Shown piece after piece: positions 1 through 7,415 of a stretch of 64,000 nt of DNA. The notes beneath the pieces are model-generated. The model worked only from the letters and a program-made list of their open reading frames with translations. It made no database searches and was not told where the DNA came from. Source of the stretch: a virus; IMG/VR virus record IMGVR_UViG_3300045988_125802; one strand, 5' to 3'. Numbering within the stretch: position 1 is the first letter of the stretch; the number at the start of each line of letters is the position of its first letter. Position numbers and translations under genes: made by a program.

Positions 1-67
1 GAATCAAGAAGATGCAATCAAAGCAATCAAGATTTTGGGTAAAAGAGTAAAGAGTCTATTTGATTAA
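1..67 (+). CDS. 3' end of an upstream ORF truncated by the window edge (...NQEDAIKAIKILGKRVKSLFD*)
   Basis: Open frame from position 2 to TAA at 65-67; the composition looks coding. Too short to assign a function. Confidence 0.3.
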   Translation, partial: NQEDAIKAIKILGKRVKSLFD

Positions 68-233
68 AGAAAGAATATTTGCACTTAGTAAGATTGTCTA
101 TTAACTATAGCTCTGATAGATAGTCTCCTTGTGACGGGTGAAGGGAAGATAGTTCAATAATCAGGACTATTACCATTAGGGAGGATAGTAGGAAATAACA
201 ATGGAGGAATACCTACTATAAGTGCTTATAAAT

Positions 234-305
234 ACTCTCATAGTTCAGTGGATAGAATAACTCTCTCCTAAAGAGTAGACACAAGTTCGAGTCTTGTTGG
301 GAGTA
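234..305 (+). tRNA. tRNA-Arg (anticodon CCT, reads AGG)
   Basis: Hand-folded cloverleaf. Acceptor 234-240/298-304 (7 bp, one G-T). D stem GTTC/GAAT. Anticodon stem ACTCT/AGAGT with 7-nt loop CTCCTAA. T arm ACAAG-TTCGAGT-CTTGT. Confidence 0.85.
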
Positions 306-421
306 CTGAGGTATTACTCATATAAGGTAATTTGATTGTTTTTAGGTAAAGGATTTTTAGTTCGGGTGACATATTGTCACTACAGGTCAAAGGTTCGTGA
401 GAATATTTGACCTTTTGTGAT

Positions 422-495
422 GTCTCCATAGCTCAATTGGATAGAGCAACAGACTTCTAATCTGTAGGTTGTGAGTTCGAGTCTCACTGGAGATA
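422..495 (+). tRNA. tRNA-Arg (anticodon TCT, reads AGA)
   Basis: Hand-folded cloverleaf. Acceptor GTCTCCA/TGGAGAT. D arm GCTC-AATTGGATA-GAGC. Anticodon stem ACAGA/TCTGT with loop CTTCTAA. T arm GTGAG-TTCGAGT-CTCAC. Confidence 0.9.
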
Positions 496-636
496 CAATG
501 TCTATTTAACCACTATTTCCTGACCATGCTGGGCAAAATGACTGAAAATGTGGTGCTGGTAGGTAAGCTACTGTTTCTTGTTTTAGCTTGTACTTTGTTC
601 TTAGAAAAGAATCAAAGCAATAGGGAATCACATTGG

Positions 637-720
637 GAATGTATAGCTTAATGGTAAAGCAGCGTGGTACCACTTCAAAACAATGAGAGCAAGATGTAGG
701 TTCAACTCCTACTACATTCC
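637..720 (+). ncRNA. tRNA-like element (about 84 nt) with no foldable canonical anticodon arm; possible tRNA pseudogene or non-canonical tRNA
   Basis: Perfect acceptor GAATGTA/TACATTC, D arm GCTT-AATGGTA-AAGC and T arm GTAGG-TTCAACT-CCTAC. The 34-nt central segment (contains palindrome GTGGTACCAC) gives no 5-bp stem with a 7-nt loop in any register I tried. Confidence 0.4.
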
Positions 721-1159
721 TATCTTATAATGGGGCATGATTGGTTTTGATTACTGATTATTTGGTAAGAGAACATGCAAAGACTGATGGAAAGACATCA
801 AACAATTAAATGGCACATCCTATAGAATTGCTGCCTGATTTAGGCTGAGTAGCACTTACTTGGAAACAGAAAGGTGTATTGCCTTAATAAATGGTTCTCT
901 GTTTTATAGATTAAGGCACTTATGAAACAAAAATAGAGGTTTATATATGATAAGATTAATCTACTTTAAAGTCTTATCTGTAACTATGAGTAGGTAGGAA
1001 AATTTCCTTATCAAATAGGAATATTATTAAATTGACAGATAACTAACTGTATAACAAATAAGTAAGCATGTGAAATTCTTTTATTAGAGGTTAGTAAGAC
1101 AGGGGTTCGAGTCCCCTATGCTCCACAAAACAATCTTAGTATTAACAAAAAAAAAAAGT

Positions 1160-1555
1160 ATGTTTTATGTATTAATGTTTGAGTTCATGCTATTGGGAGT
1201 AATAGGTGGACTATTAGGTATATTCTATAGGAATTGCCTGAAGGTTGAGGATATGATATTCTATCCTTTGTATAGTAAAGTGTTTGTACCTATGGTTAAA
1301 AGTGGCAATAGGTTCTTACATTTTATAGCATATCCATTGGGATTCTGCATCTATTGTAGTACCTTTTGGATAACCATGCTCATTCTTATACTCTTCTTGA
1401 CAAGCTGGGACTCACTTCCTAAGTGGCAGGATATTGTAATAGGAATTATAGCAGCAGAAGGTGTAGCTCACCTGATAGTGTGTATAAGTTGCAGATTCTT
1501 AATACATAAACATCCTGACTTAGATAAGGATTACTTAAAACATTTACATGAATAA
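1160..1555 (+). CDS. Small multi-pass membrane protein, unknown function
   Basis: ORF track 1118..1555. I prefer the ATG at 1160, directly after an A11 tract (1147-1157), because the 1118 ATG lies inside a tRNA T-arm-like remnant. Several hydrophobic helices and a CxxC (FCIYCSTFW). Confidence 0.5.
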   Translation: MFYVLMFEFMLLGVIGGLLGIFYRNCLKVEDMIFYPLYSKVFVPMVKSGNRFLHFIAYPLGFCIYCSTFWITMLILILFLTSWDSLPKWQDIVIGIIAAEGVAHLIVCISCRFLIHKHPDLDKDYLKHLHE

Positions 1556-1570
1556 CTAAAACAGTAAGAT

Positions 1571-2470
1571 ATGCAAAAGGATTTAGTTTTCTTCAAGAAG
1601 GAAGGTGAAGAAGGAGTAGCCTTAACTTCTACAAGTGCTAACCATATTGCTAACTTAGCTAAGGAGTATATTCAAGGTGCGGAGACACAATTGAATAATA
1701 TAAGCTTCTTTAATGTTGAGGTGGCATTGGTAGGCAGTACTGGAGGTGCAAGTACCATTCAGACAGGGGAATCATCCGAAGTTTTAGATAGCTTACAATC
1801 ATTGCTTGAGGGAGTAGCACAGGCTAAATCCCTTATAGCTTGGTTGAGAGAAGGCATCAAAGCTAAGGAGAATCTGATGAAGGGCTTGCAGACTATCAGC
1901 CTTGAGGATTGGTGTAAGGAGAATGGAATGGTTAAGCCTGAAACTCCTAACTATGGTCATGTATTGACTGAAGTAGAGTATTATGCTTCTCTTCCTATCA
2001 AGGAGAGAAACAGATACTATCAGTTAGAGACTGAGGCTGCTGTATTAGGTAAGTATATTCATCCTGATGGGCACTTGTCTGATGTAAGAAAGGAGTTAAA
2101 GGACAATATTTATCATCCTCATAAAGTGGATGGTAAAGGCAGGGATGCCCTTATCTACACCTATACTCCTACTACAAGCATAGCTATAGTAGACAATGTA
2201 TTCTATGAACTTCAAAAGAAGCACAGAGAAATACAGGCTCAACTGAATGCTATGAAGTACAGCTGTGAGCAGGCTATCAATGAGTCCACTAATAAGGTGA
2301 ACACAGAGTTTATGGCTGCTTCACAGAAGTACCAAGCTGAACTCAAAGATGTATTAGGAGCCTTCAAGACATGGAAGGATGAGAAGTCTCAAGAGTACAG
2401 CAAGTTGAAGATTGTAGTACCTAACTCACTGTTAGGTATTTATAATACTATCAACTCTTTGGGCAAGTAA
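1571..2470 (+). CDS. Hypothetical protein (299 aa)
   Basis: Long ORF with no competing frame. No motif recognised. Confidence 0.6.
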   Translation: MQKDLVFFKKEGEEGVALTSTSANHIANLAKEYIQGAETQLNNISFFNVEVALVGSTGGASTIQTGESSEVLDSLQSLLEGVAQAKSLIAWLREGIKAKENLMKGLQTISLEDWCKENGMVKPETPNYGHVLTEVEYYASLPIKERNRYYQLETEAAVLGKYIHPDGHLSDVRKELKDNIYHPHKVDGKGRDALIYTYTPTTSIAIVDNVFYELQKKHREIQAQLNAMKYSCEQAINESTNKVNTEFMAASQKYQAELKDVLGAFKTWKDEKSQEYSKLKIVVPNSLLGIYNTINSLGK

Positions 2471-2723
2471 ATAAGGACTTGGGATATTAATCCCTAACCT
2501 TATTGAATACACATAGCAGGTATCTGTTCTTATTCATAGAATTAATTGCTAATAAAAAGTGATATATCTAATGCTCAGCCATTAGATAGTCTGTTATTCC
2601 AAAATAACCAACCCTATGAAGTCTGACTGATGGAGGGATGTTCTTGTTCTTGATGGAATGACAGGTTCTTGCTATTGATATTGGCTTTGTGTTGGTAGGT
2701 ATTTGCTATGTGTAACTTGTCTT

Positions 2724-2811
2724 TGTATCTTGGTGTAATTGGTAGCACATCAGAGATAGGAGTAATCCCGTATTGCATCTGGAGGTTAGGTTCGAGTCCT
2801 AAGATACACCA
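2724..2811 (+). ncRNA. tRNA-like element with an expanded (about 23 nt) anticodon loop; possible intron-containing or non-canonical tRNA
   Basis: Acceptor-type pairing TGTATCTT/AAGATACA, then an ACCA-like tail (A-C-C-A, 2808-2811). D arm GTGT-AATTGGTA-GCAC. T arm TTAGG-TTCGAGT-CCTAA. Anticodon stem TCAGA/TCTGG encloses GATAGGAGTAATCCCGTATTGCA instead of 7 nt. The exact acceptor register is ambiguous. Confidence 0.45.
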
Positions 2812-2838
2812 CATTTATTGTTTCACTTCTAAAAAAAG

Positions 2839-3204
2839 ATGGAAAAGAATGAAGAAAAGGTTCTGGAAAGAAATCTGGAACAGGAGCATTTTGAAGATGC
2901 TGCAATAGCCATTAAAGGTGGCAAAGAGAATGGTGGTTTAACCAATGTTGAACTTGTTGAAAACTTGGTAGAAAGCTACAAAGGTAAGACAGTGCAAGCA
3001 CCTATTGAGGTGATTATAACAAGTGCAATATTCCTCAATGTGAGAGAGTTGATGGGTATTATTGAAGCCTTGAAATATACTCTTCACGTTAAAATGACAG
3101 AGGAGTTGAGAGAAAAAGCAGATAAGGGAGAAGCTACAGCAAGAGATGCAATAGCTGCTCTTATGCTTGCTGTAACTATGAAGAAAGAATCTGAAGAAGA
3201 TTAA
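2839..3204 (+). CDS. Hypothetical protein (121 aa)
   Basis: ORF preceded by an A7 tract (2831-2837). No motif recognised. Confidence 0.6.
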   Translation: MEKNEEKVLERNLEQEHFEDAAIAIKGGKENGGLTNVELVENLVESYKGKTVQAPIEVIITSAIFLNVRELMGIIEALKYTLHVKMTEELREKADKGEATARDAIAALMLAVTMKKESEED

Positions 3205-3209
3205 TAAAC

Positions 3210-3644
3210 ATGAGTGAAATCAAGTTAAGTCTGAGTATTGAGCTTCGAGGAAGCACAATGTTCAGCAAGGAGGAGTGCCTTAAAACAACTCACAAAGTGA
3301 TTGAGAAGAAGACCAAAGCTGGTAAAATCTACAAGAAAACCATTGAGGTAAAAGTAGAGGATTGGGACAAGATGGAGAAGCACACTATGAGAGTGACTGA
3401 CACAGATGGCACCAATCCAGAGATTATCACTTTCCATACAAGGAAGTGTAAGCCAGCTACACAGTCCCTGAACATGAGCAAAGAGGCTTATGAATATATG
3501 ATTGATAAGGATTCTTGTCCTTCATGGTCTAAGCCTGGCAGGTGGGCTGCAATGAGTGAAAAGGAAAGACTTGAAGCTCATTTGCAGAGAACCTGTGAGC
3601 ATGTAGGAGGTAAATCTTTCACTTATGAAGTGTTAGGAGATTAA
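3210..3644 (+). CDS. Hypothetical protein (144 aa)
   Basis: ORF starts 6 nt after the previous stop. No motif recognised. Confidence 0.6.
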   Translation: MSEIKLSLSIELRGSTMFSKEECLKTTHKVIEKKTKAGKIYKKTIEVKVEDWDKMEKHTMRVTDTDGTNPEIITFHTRKCKPATQSLNMSKEAYEYMIDKDSCPSWSKPGRWAAMSEKERLEAHLQRTCEHVGGKSFTYEVLGD

Positions 3645-3661
3645 TTATCTCAGTGTAAGAA

Positions 3662-3703
3662 GAAAGGAGTATGCTGAATAAGCTGCTCCTTTCTTTTTTT
3701 TTT
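3662..3703 (+). terminator. Rho-independent terminator-like hairpin plus T-run
   Basis: GAAAGGAG (3662-3669) pairs with CTCCTTTC (3686-3693), followed by T10 (3694-3703), just downstream of the stop at 3644. Confidence 0.5.
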
Positions 3704-3787
3704 AGTGTAAACTGATTAAATAATAAGGTTATTATGACTAAAAAAAAAGTATAACATAGTCTTAATGCCAAGGTAAATGATGGAGAT

Positions 3788-4330
3788 ATGGCAGAATTTG
3801 TATATTTCAAGAATGCTTGTAGGATGTGGTATCCTGTAGGACAGTATTTCTCTTCAGATAACTTTGATTATATAAGAGAAGCTGCATCTTCCATTAATAA
3901 AGTGTTCCCAACAGGTAAACTTATCTTGGTGGTAAGAGGTCATTCAGGCTCCATACTTGCAGGTAGTATAGCATATATACTGAAAAGGAAAGGTAGAAAA
4001 GTGTTAATATCTGTATCAAGGAAAGCAGAATCTACTCATGGTGACAATCTTGAAGGTGTATATCCTTCATGTATTTCAGATGATACACACATAATAGTTA
4101 TTGATGATTTTGTCCAATCAGGTGAAACTATTGAGGCTATACTCAAAGATTTGACTGAAAGAATAGAGGGTGTGGAAGTATTTGACATGTTATGTGTTGC
4201 TAATCACTGGGATGAGGATGATTTGACTGAGGAAGGAGGAAAGAGAGGAACTAACAGATATTGGGAGGCAAACAAAAGGATTGCTTCTCATTTTGAGTAT
4301 ATATTGTGCAACAGACCAGATGAGAAATGA
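3788..4330 (+). CDS. Type I phosphoribosyltransferase-domain protein (PRTase)
   Basis: PRPP-binding signature IIVIDDFVQSGET (4091-4129): hydrophobic run, two acidic residues, then xxSGxT. An upstream Rossmann-like strand LILVVRGHSG. Size (180 aa) fits small type I PRTases. Confidence 0.7.
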   Translation: MAEFVYFKNACRMWYPVGQYFSSDNFDYIREAASSINKVFPTGKLILVVRGHSGSILAGSIAYILKRKGRKVLISVSRKAESTHGDNLEGVYPSCISDDTHIIVIDDFVQSGETIEAILKDLTERIEGVEVFDMLCVANHWDEDDLTEEGGKRGTNRYWEANKRIASHFEYILCNRPDEK

Positions 4331-4497
4331 AAGTATTAGTGGTACTACTTCTATTCTACTTAGTATGGGCATACATTAGGTATGACCCTAAGTTGGATTG
4401 GATAGAGAAAGAGGGTAAAACCCTGCACATCATACTGTGGTATAACAAGTATTATTGGAGTGGGGAAGTAAAAAGAGTCTATGTAAAACTATTTTGA
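4327..4497 (+). CDS. Small protein with one N-terminal TM helix (56 aa; below the ORF-track cutoff)
   Basis: ATGA overlap with the preceding stop (4327-4330). MKVLVVLLLFYLVWAYI hydrophobic start. Ends TGA 4495-4497, 3 nt before the next ATG. Confidence 0.4.
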   Translation: MKVLVVLLLFYLVWAYIRYDPKLDWIEKEGKTLHIILWYNKYYWSGEVKRVYVKLF

Positions 4498-4500
4498 GAC

Positions 4501-5244
4501 ATGATAGAATTTGGAACTAAAAGGTCAGGTGGTGGTAAGAAATCAAGACTTCATAAGAAGTTTCCAAGAAAGAAGATAGACAGGGTAGGTGAGAAAGTTG
4601 CTGGATGGTTTAGAAGAAATTGGGATGATGATAGTTATCCTTATTTCAGTGGAAACCTTCATAAATTTCTCTTATCTAATGTAGACAGACCTGTTGATAA
4701 AGTATTCTCTGAGTTTTTGGGTAGATGTAGAACATCAGCAAAGAGGTACAATCTTAAGCATGAGTTCTATAGCATGTTTGAGGAAAAAGAGGATATTGGC
4801 TGTTGGGGAGGATTCTATCTTACTAATGGTATTATCAACTATAAGAAGAAAAGAAAATCTCCTCATAGAAAATCTCCTGCATCTATATTAGACCTCAATA
4901 GAAATCTCATCCCTGAAAACCTCAATGCCATATGCAAAAGATGTGAAGAAACACATAAAAAGCAATATTTAGGGAAGTTTTGGGTAGATTATAAAACCTT
5001 TCAAGAAGTGTACATCATAGAAAGAAAGGTATGGGATGATTGGATTTATGACTATAATACATTCAAACTCACGCAACACTACAAGAGATGTTATCTTTAT
5101 GGAGTAGGCTCAGGTGCACATAAGCATTCTTGGACTTCACAGAGTAGATTACATCCAAAAGTTACTTATGGAATAGTTGATTCTTTTGATATTATGAGAG
5201 ATAAGTCTGATATTATATTCATTACTAAATACAAATCCCAATAA
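4501..5244 (+). CDS. Hypothetical protein (247 aa), basic N-terminus
   Basis: Long ORF. The K/R-rich N-terminus suggests nucleic-acid binding, but no motif was recognised. Confidence 0.55.
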   Translation: MIEFGTKRSGGGKKSRLHKKFPRKKIDRVGEKVAGWFRRNWDDDSYPYFSGNLHKFLLSNVDRPVDKVFSEFLGRCRTSAKRYNLKHEFYSMFEEKEDIGCWGGFYLTNGIINYKKKRKSPHRKSPASILDLNRNLIPENLNAICKRCEETHKKQYLGKFWVDYKTFQEVYIIERKVWDDWIYDYNTFKLTQHYKRCYLYGVGSGAHKHSWTSQSRLHPKVTYGIVDSFDIMRDKSDIIFITKYKSQ

Positions 5245-5269
5245 GAAATACAATTTTATTAAAAGGAGT

Positions 5270-5461
5270 ATGAAAACAAGTACAATAAGTAAGCTGGTGG
5301 TATGGGTTATCTTATTTATAATCCTACTTAATGTAGGATTTAGTATGATAACAATGCCTAATACAATAGGGAATGTGATTGGGTTTCTTATTGTAGTAGC
5401 TATAGTGGTTATTTCAATCAAAACAAAATGTCTAACAACTATTAAATTCAATAAGAAATGA
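5270..5461 (+). CDS. Small two-TM membrane protein (63 aa)
   Basis: Two hydrophobic segments; fits the tight gene packing. Confidence 0.45.
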   Translation: MKTSTISKLVVWVILFIILLNVGFSMITMPNTIGNVIGFLIVVAIVVISIKTKCLTTIKFNKK

Positions 5462-5598
5462 CTGAAGAAAAAGTGAAACAAGGTGAAGAACTACTCAGGA
5501 GGCTAAGTAGACTCAAAGACCAAAGAAGCAGGTGGGAGAAGGGAGTATGTTTCTTTAGACTTGAGCTTGCTGATGTCACGGGGTATAATGGGAGGTAG
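5458..5598 (+). CDS. Small ORF (46 aa) ending at TAG, with coding-like sequence continuing in frame to 5712
   Basis: ATGA overlap with the previous stop. See the finding on the in-frame TAG at 5596-5598. Confidence 0.3.
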   Translation: MTEEKVKQGEELLRRLSRLKDQRSRWEKGVCFFRLELADVTGYNGR

Positions 5599-5723
5599 AA
5601 TACCTTCAGTATAGATGATTCCTTTATCAACTTTAATGAGGTCAAGCTACTTGCCATAGCCAAGATTGATAGGAGAATTTCAGAAGTTCAGGAGGAGTTT
5701 GATAGGTTGTAGAAAGAAACCAA

Positions 5724-6587
5724 ATGTTTAACAATAAATTAAAAGAAAACGTGAAAAGTAAGTTTATTAAAGGGCTTTTGTTCACCTTTATGGTGATGAC
5801 AAGTGTGATGTTCACCTCTTGTGGTTATGAGAGGGTGGATGCTGGTTATGAAGGCATCAAAGTGAATCTTTATGGTGATGACAAGGGAGTGGATGACATT
5901 ACTCTTGTCACTGGTGCAGTATGGTATAATCCTGTTACTACTGCTGTGTATGAGTATCCTACATTTGTACAGACTGTAGACTATGCTCCATTCAGTATCA
6001 ATGCCAAAGATGGTAGCTCATTTACAGTAGACCCTACTATCTCCTTGAAAATTGTAGATGGCAAATCTGCTGAGGTATTCAAGAAGTATAGGAAGGAGGA
6101 TATTACTGAGGTTATCAATACAACTCTGTACAACTATGTAAGGAATGCTTTCAGAATCCAGTTGAATAATTACACTACTGATGAACTGGTGAGCAAAAGA
6201 GAAGAGTTTGAGAAAGCTATTGAAGATAGACTGGCTAAGGAGTTACTTGCTGAGAATTTTCAGTTAGAGCAGATGACTTCAGGTCTGCAATATCCTCAGA
6301 CTCTTGTAAATGCTATTGATGCAAAGAATGCAGCAGTTCAAGAGGCTCAGAAAGCACAGAATGAGGTATTGAAGATTAAGGCAGAAGCTGAGAAGAAGAT
6401 TGCAGCAGCAGATGGTGAAGCACAGGCTTTGAGAATCAAGGGTGATGCAGAAGCAGAGTATAATAGAAAGATTGCTGCATCCTTATCTCCTTTGATTGTA
6501 CAGCAAATGATGCTTGACAAGTGGGATGGTAAATTGCCTGTATATGGCACAGTGCCTACATTATTCAAAGATATAGCAGGTAAATAG
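5724..6587 (+). CDS. SPFH/band-7 (stomatin-prohibitin-HflC/K-like) domain lipoprotein
   Basis: N-terminal signal with lipobox-like MFTSCG. SPFH-type core (GYEGIKVNLYG...). Alanine/charged coiled coil typical of HflK/C (QEAQKAQNEVLKIKAEAEKKIAAADGEAQALRIKGDAEAEYNRKIA). Confidence 0.75.
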   Translation: MFNNKLKENVKSKFIKGLLFTFMVMTSVMFTSCGYERVDAGYEGIKVNLYGDDKGVDDITLVTGAVWYNPVTTAVYEYPTFVQTVDYAPFSINAKDGSSFTVDPTISLKIVDGKSAEVFKKYRKEDITEVINTTLYNYVRNAFRIQLNNYTTDELVSKREEFEKAIEDRLAKELLAENFQLEQMTSGLQYPQTLVNAIDAKNAAVQEAQKAQNEVLKIKAEAEKKIAAADGEAQALRIKGDAEAEYNRKIAASLSPLIVQQMMLDKWDGKLPVYGTVPTLFKDIAGK

Positions 6588-6588
6588 T

Positions 6589-6927
6589 ATGTGGTGGATT
6601 ATTATAGCTATCATATTTATTCTCATTACTATCTATATACTCAAAGATACTCATGTCAAAGTATATGATAGTGACTACTATGCTAAATTACAAGAGGAGT
6701 ATGACCTCAAGTTACCTGTATGGGCATTACTGCTCATAATACTTGTGTATCTTATCCCTATTGTAAACATTATAGCATTTGTAGCTTTTCTTATTTTCTA
6801 CATTGTACATGCAGTATGGGACCCTAAAGATTGTGAGGATGAAACTCATGTGTTCTCATTAAATGGGAACAACTGGGTAACTAAAAGCCTGTTGGCAATA
6901 AAAGAAATATTAAACAAGAAGATATGA
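6589..6927 (+). CDS. Membrane protein, two or three TM helices (holin candidate)
   Basis: Strongly hydrophobic segments. Sits immediately upstream of, and overlaps, the peptidoglycan hydrolase gene. Confidence 0.45.
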   Translation: MWWIIIAIIFILITIYILKDTHVKVYDSDYYAKLQEEYDLKLPVWALLLIILVYLIPIVNIIAFVAFLIFYIVHAVWDPKDCEDETHVFSLNGNNWVTKSLLAIKEILNKKI

Positions 6928-7415
6928 AACAAAGAGTATTCAATGTACTCATTTCTCTTGCAGTATTAGGTCTGGGGGCTGTAGTGCTCTCAGACCACTA
7001 CAAGGGAGATGACCCGCCTCAATATGAGGTGGTAGATGTCAAATTAGTGCAACCAGAGTTTCTGTTATCAGAAAATCCTGAGGAAGACTTAATTGCTGTG
7101 ATGGACTATTATGGGGTAAAACACCCTGAAATAGTCTATGCACAAGCTGTACTTGAAACTGGTCATTTTAAGTCAGACTTATGTCTGAATGGTAATAATC
7201 TGTTTGGCTTATACAATAGTAAGAAACACAGATACCATACATTTGACCATTGGACTGAGAGTGTGGTTGCATACCTTGACTATGTGCAATATAGATACAA
7301 ACCTCCGAATGATTACTATAAGTTTTTATCAGACATAGGGTATGCAGAAGACCCTGACTACATTAACAAACTAAAAGGAATTGTAAGTAGAAATGACAAG
7401 AGAAGAAGTGAATAA
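6924..7415 (+). CDS. Peptidoglycan hydrolase, glucosaminidase/FlgJ-type domain, with N-terminal signal-anchor (endolysin candidate)
   Basis: YAQAVLETGHFKSDLCLNGNNLFGL matches the mannosyl-glycoprotein endo-beta-N-acetylglucosaminidase family signature (xAQAxLESGxGxS...NNLFGI). N-terminal hydrophobic helix. Confidence 0.75.
   Translation: MKQRVFNVLISLAVLGLGAVVLSDHYKGDDPPQYEVVDVKLVQPEFLLSENPEEDLIAVMDYYGVKHPEIVYAQAVLETGHFKSDLCLNGNNLFGLYNSKKHRYHTFDHWTESVVAYLDYVQYRYKPPNDYYKFLSDIGYAEDPDYINKLKGIVSRNDKRRSE

Noticed and set aside
366-416. Two hairpins between the tRNA-Arg genes (GTGACA-TAT-TGTCAC at 366-380; GGTCAAA...TTTGACC at 385-412, followed by TTTTG)
   Set aside because: These are real inverted repeats, but from sequence alone I cannot distinguish a terminator, a tRNA-processing signal or chance in AT-rich DNA. 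No further support.
732-1125. T-arm plus 3' acceptor (AGGGG-TTCGAGT-CCCCT-ATGCTCC, 1101-1124) that could pair with GGGGCAT at 732-738, suggesting a tRNA split by an insert of about 320 nt (group I intron?)
   Set aside because: I could not fold a credible D arm after 738 or an anticodon stem before 1101, and saw no R/S-like intron elements in between. The nearer partial match (AAGCAT at about 1064) leaves too few nucleotides for a cloverleaf. It is most simply a tRNA 3'-half remnant. It does argue against the ATG at 1118 as a gene start.
3737-3757. Mini-ORF ATGACTAAAAAAAAAGTATAA (M-T-K-K-K-V-stop) containing an A9 tract upstream of the PRTase gene
   Set aside because: Six codons only. It could be a leader peptide or slippage site, but there is no supporting structure or conservation that I can evaluate.
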